Part shown: in pieces, positions 39,507 to 47,835 of the stretch | How positions within the stretch are numbered: position 1 is the stretch's first letter | Layout of the letters: each line of letters starts with the position of its first letter | Source of the DNA: Candidatus Krumholzibacteriia bacterium | GTDB taxonomy: Bacteria; Krumholzibacteriota; Krumholzibacteriia; WVZY01; JAKEHA01 | Length of the DNA stretch: 64,000 bases | Direction: 5' to 3' | Assembly (NCBI GenBank): GCA_029865265.1 | Contig: JAOUHG010000001.1 | Span: 93,213-157,212 of the forward strand | Notes under the pieces: generated by a model | Databases searched by the model: none | What the model was told of the DNA's origin: nothing | What the model saw: the letters and a program-made list of their open reading frames with translations, nothing else | Program-made: the position numbers and the translations under genes

Positions 39507-41006
39507 TCAGCGGGCGGGAGTGGCGGGCGACGCGGACGAACCGAGCGTGGCGAGCTGCGCCAGTTCCGCGGCGACGTCTGCCATGCGCGCGGGGCGCTGG
39601 TCCGGCGACTTTGCCAGCATGCGCGACACGAGTGCATCGAGCGCGGGAGGAACCGGCTCGCGCGTTGCGCGTGAGGCAAGCGGTGGCGCGGGCCTGCGGA
39701 CGTGCTGGGCGAGCACGCTCGCCAGTTCTCCGGTGAAGGGCACCGAGCCCGCGATCATCTGGTGCAGGATGATGCCGAGCGCGTAGACGTCGGTGCGGTG
39801 ATCGACGGCGTTGCCGTCGGCCTGCTCGGGGCTCATATAGTGGGGCGATCCCATCACCGCGCCCTCCAGGGTGTGCGCGGTTCCGGTCGCAATCTTGGCC
39901 AGGCCGAAGTCGGTCACCTTGGGCGTGCGCGCGTCGGCCATGAGGACGTTGGCGGGTTTGAGATCGCGGTGAACGACGCCGCGCTCGTGCGCGTATTCAA
40001 GCGCGTCCGCAATGCGCGCTGCCAGCGCGACCGCGTCCGCGACGGCCATCGGCCCGCTCTGCTTGAGCAGCGCGGCGAGATCCCCCCGCTCCACCAGTTC
40101 CATCGCCATCCACAGGTGGCCGTTATGCTCGACCAGGTCGAATACCTGGACGATGTGCGGGTGCGAAAGCATCGCGAGCACGCGCGCCTCGCGCTGGAAG
40201 CGCGCGATTTCCTCCTCCGTTCCGGAAAGGGGAAGCTGTTTGAGTGCCACGTCGCGCTGTAGAACCTCATCGGTCGCGCGGAATACGACGCCGTAACCGC
40301 CGCGACCAATACGCTGGGAGACCGAGTAGCGCCCACCGACGAGCGGGGTCGTGCCGTCCTGTTGGGACAGCGCCGCGCCTCCGATCCGCGGTACAGATGT
40401 TTCCTCGCGGATGGTGGCGACGTTGTGGGCGTCGTCGTTGTGATCCGCCAGTTGCTGGTCGATCTCGAGAACGCGCTGGTTGAGGGCAGACTCGCGCGCA
40501 GGATCACAGGTCAGGTCCAGCGCTGAACGGTACATCTCCGCGCTTCTCAGCGGCGAGTGCAGTCGCACGGTGTCGGCGTCACGTTCGCGCCGCGAGCTCT
40601 CCGCCTCCGCCCGCTCGACCGCCACCGGGAGGTGCGCGAGCAGGAGCAGGAGTACCAGTCCGCCGCCGGCACAAGTGGCCAGCGCGTCCAGCGTGAACGC
40701 AGCGCGCTTGCGCTGCACGTCCGAACGACTGGATCCGCTGAACACGCCGGTGATGTGTTGACCCAGGCTCTTGCGGGGACCCACGGCATCCAGCACTGCA
40801 TCACGACCGTGGGGATGAACGAAGGCCAGAAACAGAATGACCGCTGCGAGTGTCGCTTGTGCCACCCACGCGGTCATGAGCCAGCGCACCAGGATGCGTG
40901 GTTTTCGCTTCATCGCCGGTAGAAACGCGGATGAACTCCGCGCGCGCCCGACCACGCCGGAGGTGGTGGTGATCACCGGCCGGACAAACCGCCACTGCGC
41001 GATCAT
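39507..41006 (-). CDS. membrane-anchored Ser/Thr protein kinase
   Basis: N-terminal TM region, a coiled/linker segment and a C-terminal Hanks kinase (GRGGYGVVF, ALK, HRDLKPANVLM, DFGLAK, SPEQ). Confidence 0.8.
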   Translation of the reverse strand: MIAQWRFVRPVITTTSGVVGRARSSSAFLPAMKRKPRILVRWLMTAWVAQATLAAVILFLAFVHPHGRDAVLDAVGPRKSLGQHITGVFSGSSRSDVQRKRAAFTLDALATCAGGGLVLLLLLAHLPVAVERAEAESSRRERDADTVRLHSPLRSAEMYRSALDLTCDPARESALNQRVLEIDQQLADHNDDAHNVATIREETSVPRIGGAALSQQDGTTPLVGGRYSVSQRIGRGGYGVVFRATDEVLQRDVALKQLPLSGTEEEIARFQREARVLAMLSHPHIVQVFDLVEHNGHLWMAMELVERGDLAALLKQSGPMAVADAVALAARIADALEYAHERGVVHRDLKPANVLMADARTPKVTDFGLAKIATGTAHTLEGAVMGSPHYMSPEQADGNAVDHRTDVYALGIILHQMIAGSVPFTGELASVLAQHVRRPAPPLASRATREPVPPALDALVSRMLAKSPDQRPARMADVAAELAQLATLGSSASPATPAR

Positions 41007-41701
41007 GGATCGACGGAAACGCCCGTGTGTTGCGTGAAGGAGAATGAGAAATCACCGATCACAATGGCGCAGCCGTCGGACAGCTCGCGGTCCTTCACCG
41101 CCTCGCCGTCCACCTTGACGCGCGTCCTTCCATCCAGATGGCGGATCGAGTAATGCCCGCCAAGAAAGCGAATCTCGGCGTGATAGGGCGCGATGCCACG
41201 GCCGCGAATGATGATGTCGGCCGCTTCGTCACTGCCGATGATCATGAGCCCGCGATCCAGTGAGTAGGTCCGCTCGCGGTCCGGTGAGGTTTCGGTGAGC
41301 GTGGCCGGGTTGGTGATGGGGCCGGGCTGGTTATCGGCGCCGGCGAGCAGGGTGGACTCGAACAGCACTGGGTCCGCGGCGACGCTCCCGTCCGGCGCGG
41401 CGACGCGGCAGATGATGTTGTGCTTGCCGATGGTGATGATGTCCCCATGCGACAGTCTCGCATGATCGACGTGCACGCCGTTGACGCGCGTGCCGTTGGC
41501 ACTCTCGTGGTCGCGGATGATGAGGCCGTCCGGTGACATTTCAATGGTGGCGTGCAGTCGCGACACGGACAGGTTGTCGATCACGATGTGGTTGTCGGCC
41601 GTGCGACCGATCTTGATGGCGGTTTCTCCCACCGGCCACCGCCCGAGTTCGCTGCCCTTGAACTCCAGCGAAAGGATGTAGCCGTGCGATGGCTGGCTCA
41701 T
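41003..41701 (-). CDS. protein with two FHA (forkhead-associated) domains
   Basis: Two FHA cores (IKIGRTADNHIVIDNLSVSRLHATI...GTRVNG and MIIGSDEAADIIIRGRGIAPYHAEI...RTRVKVDG). Overlaps the kinase gene start by 4 nt. Confidence 0.75.
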   Translation of the reverse strand: MSQPSHGYILSLEFKGSELGRWPVGETAIKIGRTADNHIVIDNLSVSRLHATIEMSPDGLIIRDHESANGTRVNGVHVDHARLSHGDIITIGKHNIICRVAAPDGSVAADPVLFESTLLAGADNQPGPITNPATLTETSPDRERTYSLDRGLMIIGSDEAADIIIRGRGIAPYHAEIRFLGGHYSIRHLDGRTRVKVDGEAVKDRELSDGCAIVIGDFSFSFTQHTGVSVDP

Positions 41702-41876
41702 GCGTCGTCTCCCGCGGGGATGCGCGTAACGTGTTGTAAGACAATTGAATAAAAGTGCCGGCTGCCAGGGGGAGAGGTGCAAAAAGCATGCCGGGGACAC
41801 CCGCCCCGGGGGCCACGCCGCGCGGCCCTATGCCACCGTCAGCTATTGATCGGCTGGCGCGCCGGGATCGCGGCGC

Positions 41877-42767
41877 CTACATGGCTCGAAACGCAATCGC
41901 GAGCACCTCTTTGGCGAAGTCCTCGAAGCGCGTCGGGGTGGTGTTGTGCGCGTTGCGGCCCTGGGTGCTCACCACGAGACCCTCGTTGATGCCGCGCGAC
42001 ATCTCGACGTACAGCGACGCTATGCTTTCCGAGAGCCCCATTGCCTTCATGCCCTCCAGCGCCGCGTCGTAGGGGAACTGCATGTACTGCAAATCGGGGT
42101 GCTCGATGGCCTCGCCGATGATGTGTGTGACCCGTTCCATGGTGAGGTCTGCGGCGCCCAGCGCTTCGCGCACCGTCGGTCCCTTGAAGTCGAGCTTCAT
42201 GAGCGCCGCTGCCGCCGCCTCACCCACGTCGTGGGATGCGATCATCGGGATGGGTACATCGCCCCGAATTGCCGAACCGTTGATGCCCTGCTGCTTGATC
42301 AGACCCAGCGTGGGAAAGTGGTTCTCGAAAAAGTACCCCGCGCGCAGGAACGCGGCATTCAACCCGTTGATGCTCTTGAAGCGTTCCTCCTGCTCGTGCA
42401 ACCCCGCAATCGGGCCCGTCCCCTGCTTGTGCTGCGCACCGACGCTGCTCAAAAAGACGATGTTCTTGACACCGCTCTTGCGCACGGCTTCGGTGATGGC
42501 TTCCCCCACCCGGGTCTGGTGCGCGCGGTAGTCGGGCGCGGCCAGGTCGGGCGGAATCATTGTGTATACTGCTTCGCTGCCCTGAAATGCGCGGGCAAGG
42601 AAGGCGGTGTCGGTGGCATCCCCCGCCATGGCTTCGGCACCACGGTTGACGAGGGGCTGCAGGCGTTCGCCGGAACGCCCGAGGACCCGGACCTTCTTGC
42701 CCGCGTCCAGCAGCGAGCTGGCCGCGACGCGGCCCGTGTTTCCAGTGGCTCCCATGATTGTAATCAT
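41877..42767 (-). CDS. NmrA-like NAD(P)-binding oxidoreductase (atypical SDR)
   Basis: N-terminal Rossmann motif (IMGATGNTGRVAA) and the NmrA/isoflavone-reductase-like fold; ~296 aa. Confidence 0.75.
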   Translation of the reverse strand: MITIMGATGNTGRVAASSLLDAGKKVRVLGRSGERLQPLVNRGAEAMAGDATDTAFLARAFQGSEAVYTMIPPDLAAPDYRAHQTRVGEAITEAVRKSGVKNIVFLSSVGAQHKQGTGPIAGLHEQEERFKSINGLNAAFLRAGYFFENHFPTLGLIKQQGINGSAIRGDVPIPMIASHDVGEAAAAALMKLDFKGPTVREALGAADLTMERVTHIIGEAIEHPDLQYMQFPYDAALEGMKAMGLSESIASLYVEMSRGINEGLVVSTQGRNAHNTTPTRFEDFAKEVLAIAFRAM

Positions 42768-42925
42768 CCGAGGTCTCCTTCTGCTGCGTATTGATCAGGG
42801 CAAACATACCGCACACGGCGGCCGTTTTCAAATCTCAAGGCCGTTGACCCCGGCGCGCGGCGGACGTACCTTGTGTGCTGTCCTTTCCGTCCCGCCCGTA
42901 ACGACGCCCTAAAGGGAGGCCGAAC

Positions 42926-43270
42926 GTGTCCGACGATCGCGAAAACTACTACCACGAGGCCGACCTGGCCCGCTTTGGTGAGATGGGCGAGAACGTGCCC
43001 GAGCTGGCGAAGAAGTTCTTCGACTGGTACGGCGCGGTATTCGCCGATGGCGCGCTTTCGGCGCGCGAGAAGTCACTCATCGCCCTGGCGGTGGCGCACG
43101 CCGTCCAGTGTCCGTATTGCATCGACGCCTACAGCAAGGACTCGCTGGAGAAGGGCGCCGACCTGGACCAGATGACCGAGGCGGTCCACGTTGCGGCCGC
43201 CATTCGTGGGGGCGCGTCGCTGGTGCACGGTGTGCAGATGAGGAATCACGCCCTCAAGATCGGCATGTAA
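42926..43270 (+). CDS. AhpD-like (carboxymuconolactone decarboxylase family) peroxidase-like protein of the arsenosugar-biosynthesis-associated type
   Basis: 114 aa with the CxxC AhpD core (AHAVQCPYCIDAYS); lies 4 nt upstream of an ArsS-type radical SAM gene. Confidence 0.65.
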   Translation: MSDDRENYYHEADLARFGEMGENVPELAKKFFDWYGAVFADGALSAREKSLIALAVAHAVQCPYCIDAYSKDSLEKGADLDQMTEAVHVAAAIRGGASLVHGVQMRNHALKIGM

Positions 43271-43274
43271 TCCG

Positions 43275-44318
43275 TTGAAGACTTCTCCCTCATTGAAGTC
43301 CCGCGGGGCCGCACTCGCGTCCAGCGATGCGCAACTGCAGGCGCTCGCGGAACTCCCGCTCACGCGTGAATTTCCGGAAGCGCTGGCATCGGCGGGGCTG
43401 CACCCGCTCAAACCCACCGGCATCGAAATAATGCAGATCAATGTCGGGAAGCTGTGCAATCAGACCTGCCGCCACTGCCACGTGGACGCCGGCCCCGACC
43501 GGCGCGAGAGCATGACGCGCGAAACCATGCAGCTGTGCCTGGATGCGCTGTCGCGAACCTCCATTCCCGTCGTTGACATCACCGGTGGGGCGCCCGAACT
43601 CAACCCGGACTTTCGCTGGCTGGTGGAGCGTTGTCGCGAACTGGGCCGTCATGTGATGGACCGCTGCAATCTCACCATCCTCGAGGTTCCCTCGCAGCGC
43701 GACACGCCCGAGTTTCTCGCCCGGCACAACGTGGAGGTGGTGTGCTCGCTGCCGCACTACCGCGCGGCCGGCACCGACCGCCAGCGCGGCGACGGCGTGT
43801 TCGAAAAGTCGATTGCGGCGCTCAGGCGCCTCAACCAGCTGGGATACGGGGACGGGGTGTCGGGCCTGCGCCTGGTGCTGGTTACCAATCCGGTGGGCGC
43901 GTTCATCCCGGGGGCGCAGGCGTCGTTGGAACGCGAATGGAAGCGGGAACTGCTGCGCCTGCACGGCGTGCGCTTCGATGCGCTGTACTGCATCACCAAC
44001 ATGCCCATCAGCCGCTACCTGGAGTGGCTGATTACCTCTGAGAATCTCGAGGGGTACATGGAGCGGCTGGTCAACGCGTTCAACCCGGTTGCCGCGCGCG
44101 GCGTGATGTGCCGCAACACCATCTCGGTCGGTTGGGATGGCGTCGTCTACGACTGCGACTTCAACCAGATGCTGGATCTTCCGGTGGCGCCGGTGGGTGT
44201 GCGCCACATCCGCGACTTCGATGTCGACGCGCTCAACGCGCGTTCCATCGTTACCGACCGCCACTGCTTCGGCTGCACCGCCGGCGCCGGGTCGAGTTGC
44301 GGTGGCGTAACCTCGTGA
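43275..44318 (+). CDS. arsS: radical SAM protein of the arsenosugar biosynthesis ArsS type
   Basis: CxxxCxxC cluster (CNQTCRHC) near the N-terminus and a C-terminal Cys-rich tail (HCFGCTAGAGSSCGG). The size and the pairing with the AhpD-like gene are characteristic of ArsS. Confidence 0.65.
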   Translation: MKTSPSLKSRGAALASSDAQLQALAELPLTREFPEALASAGLHPLKPTGIEIMQINVGKLCNQTCRHCHVDAGPDRRESMTRETMQLCLDALSRTSIPVVDITGGAPELNPDFRWLVERCRELGRHVMDRCNLTILEVPSQRDTPEFLARHNVEVVCSLPHYRAAGTDRQRGDGVFEKSIAALRRLNQLGYGDGVSGLRLVLVTNPVGAFIPGAQASLEREWKRELLRLHGVRFDALYCITNMPISRYLEWLITSENLEGYMERLVNAFNPVAARGVMCRNTISVGWDGVVYDCDFNQMLDLPVAPVGVRHIRDFDVDALNARSIVTDRHCFGCTAGAGSSCGGVTS

Positions 44319-44331
44319 GCTTCCGCGGACT

Positions 44332-45279
44332 CTAGCCCTTCCCTGGGGCGGCTTTGGTGGTCGCGGCGGTGCCCGTCTGAATCACGATGGCGGCACGCTC
44401 CGCGCCACCCGAATCCACCAGCGTCGTGGTGGTGACCCGCGAGCCTTCGCCGCGCAGGAGCGGCCGCAGGCTGTTGGCGATTTCATCCGCAATCGACTTG
44501 GCCAGCGCAAAGGTGGGCGCGGTGACTTCCACGCGCACCGCGCGGTTGGCATCCCCGCTCTCGTTGATGCGCGAGGCGGCTTCCTGGACGTAGGCCGCTG
44601 GCACCGACGCGGCGTCGGTCGCGATGGCAAACGACATGCGCACGTCGGAGCCCTTCTCGTCCAGGTAGGGCGGAATCTGGAACGACTCACCCACGAAGCT
44701 GCGCTTGTTGCCGGCCTTGTCCATGGCGTTCAGCACGTACGAGTAGGTAAGGTCCGTCCGTGCCGGAGTGCCATCCAGGGTGGCTCCGTCCCACGCGATT
44801 TCGGTGGGCGGCTTTCCCTTGCCTTCGAATGCCGCCACGCGGCCGCCGCGCGAATCCGCCACTTCCAGGGACCAGCGCTCGACGCCGCTCACCTGGGGAC
44901 GGAAACTCGCCACCGGTCCGGTGCGGAAGCCGTCGAACCACGGCTGCGGCGTGTACCACGCGCGGTCGAACGCGGAGCGCGCCAGCAACGGTCCGGTGAA
45001 GTCGAACGACTCGGGTGCGAGCACGATCATCAGGCTTTCCCAGTCGAGGCCCGGTGCCGTTGACGGATCCAGCGTGAGTTCCAGGGGAGGGCGTACGAAC
45101 TGGACGCGCACGCGGTCCTCGCCCTCCACGGTGATGCTTTCCAGCGTCTTGCCCTTGCTGCCGCCCGGAATCGTCATCGAGGTGTCGGTCGGCGCGGCGC
45201 TCTGCTCCGCGGCGTTCGCGGTGGCGGCGAGCGTGGTAAGGGCCAGGGCGCACGCGGTGATGCCGAGTCTGCTGATCAT
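44332..45279 (-). CDS. hypothetical secreted protein (last gene of the TonB-complex operon)
   Basis: Signal peptide (ITACALALTTLAATANA); no recognisable family. Confidence 0.45.
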   Translation of the reverse strand: MISRLGITACALALTTLAATANAAEQSAAPTDTSMTIPGGSKGKTLESITVEGEDRVRVQFVRPPLELTLDPSTAPGLDWESLMIVLAPESFDFTGPLLARSAFDRAWYTPQPWFDGFRTGPVASFRPQVSGVERWSLEVADSRGGRVAAFEGKGKPPTEIAWDGATLDGTPARTDLTYSYVLNAMDKAGNKRSFVGESFQIPPYLDEKGSDVRMSFAIATDAASVPAAYVQEAASRINESGDANRAVRVEVTAPTFALAKSIADEIANSLRPLLRGEGSRVTTTTLVDSGGAERAAIVIQTGTAATTKAAPGKG

Positions 45280-45296
45280 GAGAAACCTGCCTCCGG

Positions 45297-46247
45297 TTAC
45301 TGTGCGTCACTCAACCGGTAGTTGAACGTGATTCGTCCCCACTGCTCTCCCGAGCCGGGCAACGCCTGAAACTTCCATTGGCGCAGTGCCGCCACGGCGC
45401 CGGTATCAAAGTCTGAGAAGCCGCTGGTGCGCTCCACCACGATGTTCTCCTTGATGCGTCCATCGGGGAGAACATAGAAGTACAGCGTCACGGATCCTTC
45501 CACACCGTCGCGCTTGGCCCATTCGGGGTAGCGCGGAACCTCGTACGAGACCAGGGGCCGGCTGGCCACCGGTCCCACCAGTTGCGCCCCGGCCAGGTTG
45601 CGCGACGCGGTGCTGGTGGTAGACGCGGACGGTCCGGGCCTGGCGACATCCGGCTTCGCGACCGGGACCGCCGCCACCGGGGTTCCCGCGCGAGCGTCGG
45701 TTCGTTGCAGCGCCACCGGTGGTCCGGACGCCGGCTTGGCGTCGCGCGACAGCGCGGACGGATTGCTCGCGGGCCGCGCCTCCGCGGTTGTCACGCCGGC
45801 GAGTGTCGGGGTGCCCACCTTGGGCGGCGGCACCAGCGACGCGATGCGCGTGCGGTCGGTGCTGCCGTTCTGTTCCATTGCGTCGATCTTGTCGGAGAGA
45901 ATGTCCGCGACGGCGCGCGTCTGCGGCCGCGGCGCCACTTCCGCGCGCTGCAGCGGACGCTCGAAGTGTTCGGGCGTCTCGGCGGGGTTCGCCGCCTTCT
46001 GTTTGACCTCTTCCACGGGCGCGCTCTTTGTCTCCTCGCGCGCCACCGGGGGAGCAGCCTGTTCCGCGGCCAGCGTGGCCGCGTCGATCCAGGTGATTTC
46101 GGTCAGCCCCGCCGACTCCGATGCCGCCTTGTGCGAGAAGATCAGCAGCAGCAGGATGGCGGCGTGGACGGCCGTGCTGATGGCCATCGATCGCCGTGTC
46201 GAGCGTTCGATGGCATTGAACTCGAGGGTGAGAAATTTCTCGTTCAT
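45297..46247 (-). CDS. TonB-family energy transducer (C-terminal TonB domain)
   Basis: N-terminal TM anchor (AVHAAILLLLIF), a Pro/Ala-rich spacer and a C-terminal TonB fold (YPEWAKRDGVEGSVTLYFYVLPDGRI...AVAALRQWKFQAL). Confidence 0.7.
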   Translation of the reverse strand: MNEKFLTLEFNAIERSTRRSMAISTAVHAAILLLLIFSHKAASESAGLTEITWIDAATLAAEQAAPPVAREETKSAPVEEVKQKAANPAETPEHFERPLQRAEVAPRPQTRAVADILSDKIDAMEQNGSTDRTRIASLVPPPKVGTPTLAGVTTAEARPASNPSALSRDAKPASGPPVALQRTDARAGTPVAAVPVAKPDVARPGPSASTTSTASRNLAGAQLVGPVASRPLVSYEVPRYPEWAKRDGVEGSVTLYFYVLPDGRIKENIVVERTSGFSDFDTGAVAALRQWKFQALPGSGEQWGRITFNYRLSDAQ

Positions 46248-46660
46248 CGCTGGCTGCCTCGCTGGGTGGTCGCGATGGCGATGCGTTTTGCACCGGCGGA
46301 CTTGGCTTCGGAGATCAATGCCTGCACGGTGGCGTAGGGAACCCCCTCGTCTGCGCGAACCACGAGCAGATTGTCCTCTTTGTTCCTCAACTTTTTGTCC
46401 AGGAACGAGGCCACCTGTCCGTAGCCCACCTTGGTGTCGTCGATGGCGATCTCACCCGTTCGGCCGATGGTCAGCGTGACGCGCTGGGAGCTGGCCATGC
46501 TCCGCGTCTCGGCGGGCGGAAGCCTGATCTCCATGTCGGACAGTGCAATCATCGGCGCCGTGACCATGAGGATGATGACCAGCACCAGTGCCACGTCGAT
46601 GATCGGTGTCACGTTGATCTTGGCAACCGTGGATGTATGCTCGATGAAGGGTCGGTTCAT
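46244..46660 (-). CDS. ExbD/TolR-family biopolymer transport protein (copy 2)
   Basis: INVTPIIDVALVLVIILMV signature TM; its stop overlaps the TonB start. Confidence 0.75.
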   Translation of the reverse strand: MNRPFIEHTSTVAKINVTPIIDVALVLVIILMVTAPMIALSDMEIRLPPAETRSMASSQRVTLTIGRTGEIAIDDTKVGYGQVASFLDKKLRNKEDNLLVVRADEGVPYATVQALISEAKSAGAKRIAIATTQRGSQR

Positions 46661-46673
46661 GTGTTGCCTCGGT

Positions 46674-47087
46674 CTACTTTTCGACGACGGCGATCTCACC
46701 CGCGCCGCATTGCTTCGCCTGGTCGAGAACATTGACGAACGCCCCGTGGCTGACCCCGCTTCGGCAGCTGATAACGACACCGCGCTCCTTGGCGGTGTCG
46801 ATGAGGGGCCGCAGCGTCTCGCTCAGGTCGGCGCGCATGAGCGCGGTGCGGTTGACCAGCACGGTCGAGTCCGAGAGGAGGACGATCTCGACCCGCGGGT
46901 CACGCTCCTGCTTTTTGGCGCTCTTGGCGGCCTGGGCCGCGCTGCGCACGTCGATGCTCGACTCGAACGCCAGCGGCGTTGTGAGCAGCAGCATCACCAC
47001 CAGCACCAGCGAGACGTCGATCAACGGCGTCACGTTGACTTCGTGGTTGGACCCGTCGGGTCCGTCTTGTCTGCGGAAGAAGCGCAA
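46674..47087 (-). CDS. ExbD/TolR-family biopolymer transport protein (copy 1)
   Basis: VNVTPLIDVSLVLVVMLLL signature TM. Confidence 0.75.
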   Translation of the reverse strand: MRFFRRQDGPDGSNHEVNVTPLIDVSLVLVVMLLLTTPLAFESSIDVRSAAQAAKSAKKQERDPRVEIVLLSDSTVLVNRTALMRADLSETLRPLIDTAKERGVVISCRSGVSHGAFVNVLDQAKQCGAGEIAVVEK

Positions 47088-47102
47088 GCTTGTTCCTCCT
47101 GG

Positions 47103-47813
47103 TCAACCCACGCTGACCGGCTGCGGTGCGGGCATGCTCTGGGTGGCCGATTCGCGCACACCGTCGGTCGGACGCGGACTCGACGGTCCGGAACCACTGC
47201 GCCGGGCCAGCCACGCGCGGATGGTGCGGGCGTGGTTCTCCGACATGGTGAGCATGACGGTGGAGCGCCGGATGAAATGGTTGTACAGGATGAGCGCGGG
47301 CACGGCGACGACGAGTCCCACCGCCGTCGTGACGAGCGCCTCGGCGATACCCGCGGCCACAACCGTCGGGGCCGCCGACCCCACGCGCGCCATGTCGTGG
47401 AAGGCACGCATGATGCCCCACACGGTTCCGAGCAGTCCCACCAGCGGGGCGGCACCGGCCATGGTTCCCAGCACGTTGAGGTTGCGCTCCAGCAGCAGCT
47501 TCTGCCTGCTCAGCTCCACGTAGATCTTCTCGTCGAGATCCGCGACTTCCTCGCTCTGCGCGCCGACGACGATCTCGAGCACCGGGCCCACCGGGTGCGT
47601 GCACTTGCCACAGCTCCACAGGGCTTCCTTGACCTCGCCCTTCTTGAGCCGCTGCGAAACCTCGTGCGCCATGGTGTCGGGATTGCCGCGGCGGCGCCAG
47701 AAGTAGATGGCCCGCTCGACCGCCACGCCAAGCGTGACGATGCTGAACAGGATCAGGATGATCATCGACGGACTCTCGGCCGTCAGCTTCAACCAGTCGA
47801 ACTCGCTGAACAT
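47103..47813 (-). CDS. MotA/TolQ/ExbB-family proton channel
   Basis: Three TM helices and the conserved C-terminal region (APLVGLLGTVWGIMRAFHDM...GIAEALVTTAVGLVVAVPA). The ATG is preceded by AGGAGG. Confidence 0.8.
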   Translation of the reverse strand: MFSEFDWLKLTAESPSMIILILFSIVTLGVAVERAIYFWRRRGNPDTMAHEVSQRLKKGEVKEALWSCGKCTHPVGPVLEIVVGAQSEEVADLDEKIYVELSRQKLLLERNLNVLGTMAGAAPLVGLLGTVWGIMRAFHDMARVGSAAPTVVAAGIAEALVTTAVGLVVAVPALILYNHFIRRSTVMLTMSENHARTIRAWLARRSGSGPSSPRPTDGVRESATQSMPAPQPVSVG

Positions 47814-47835
47814 CGGGATGCCTCCTCTTTGGCCG

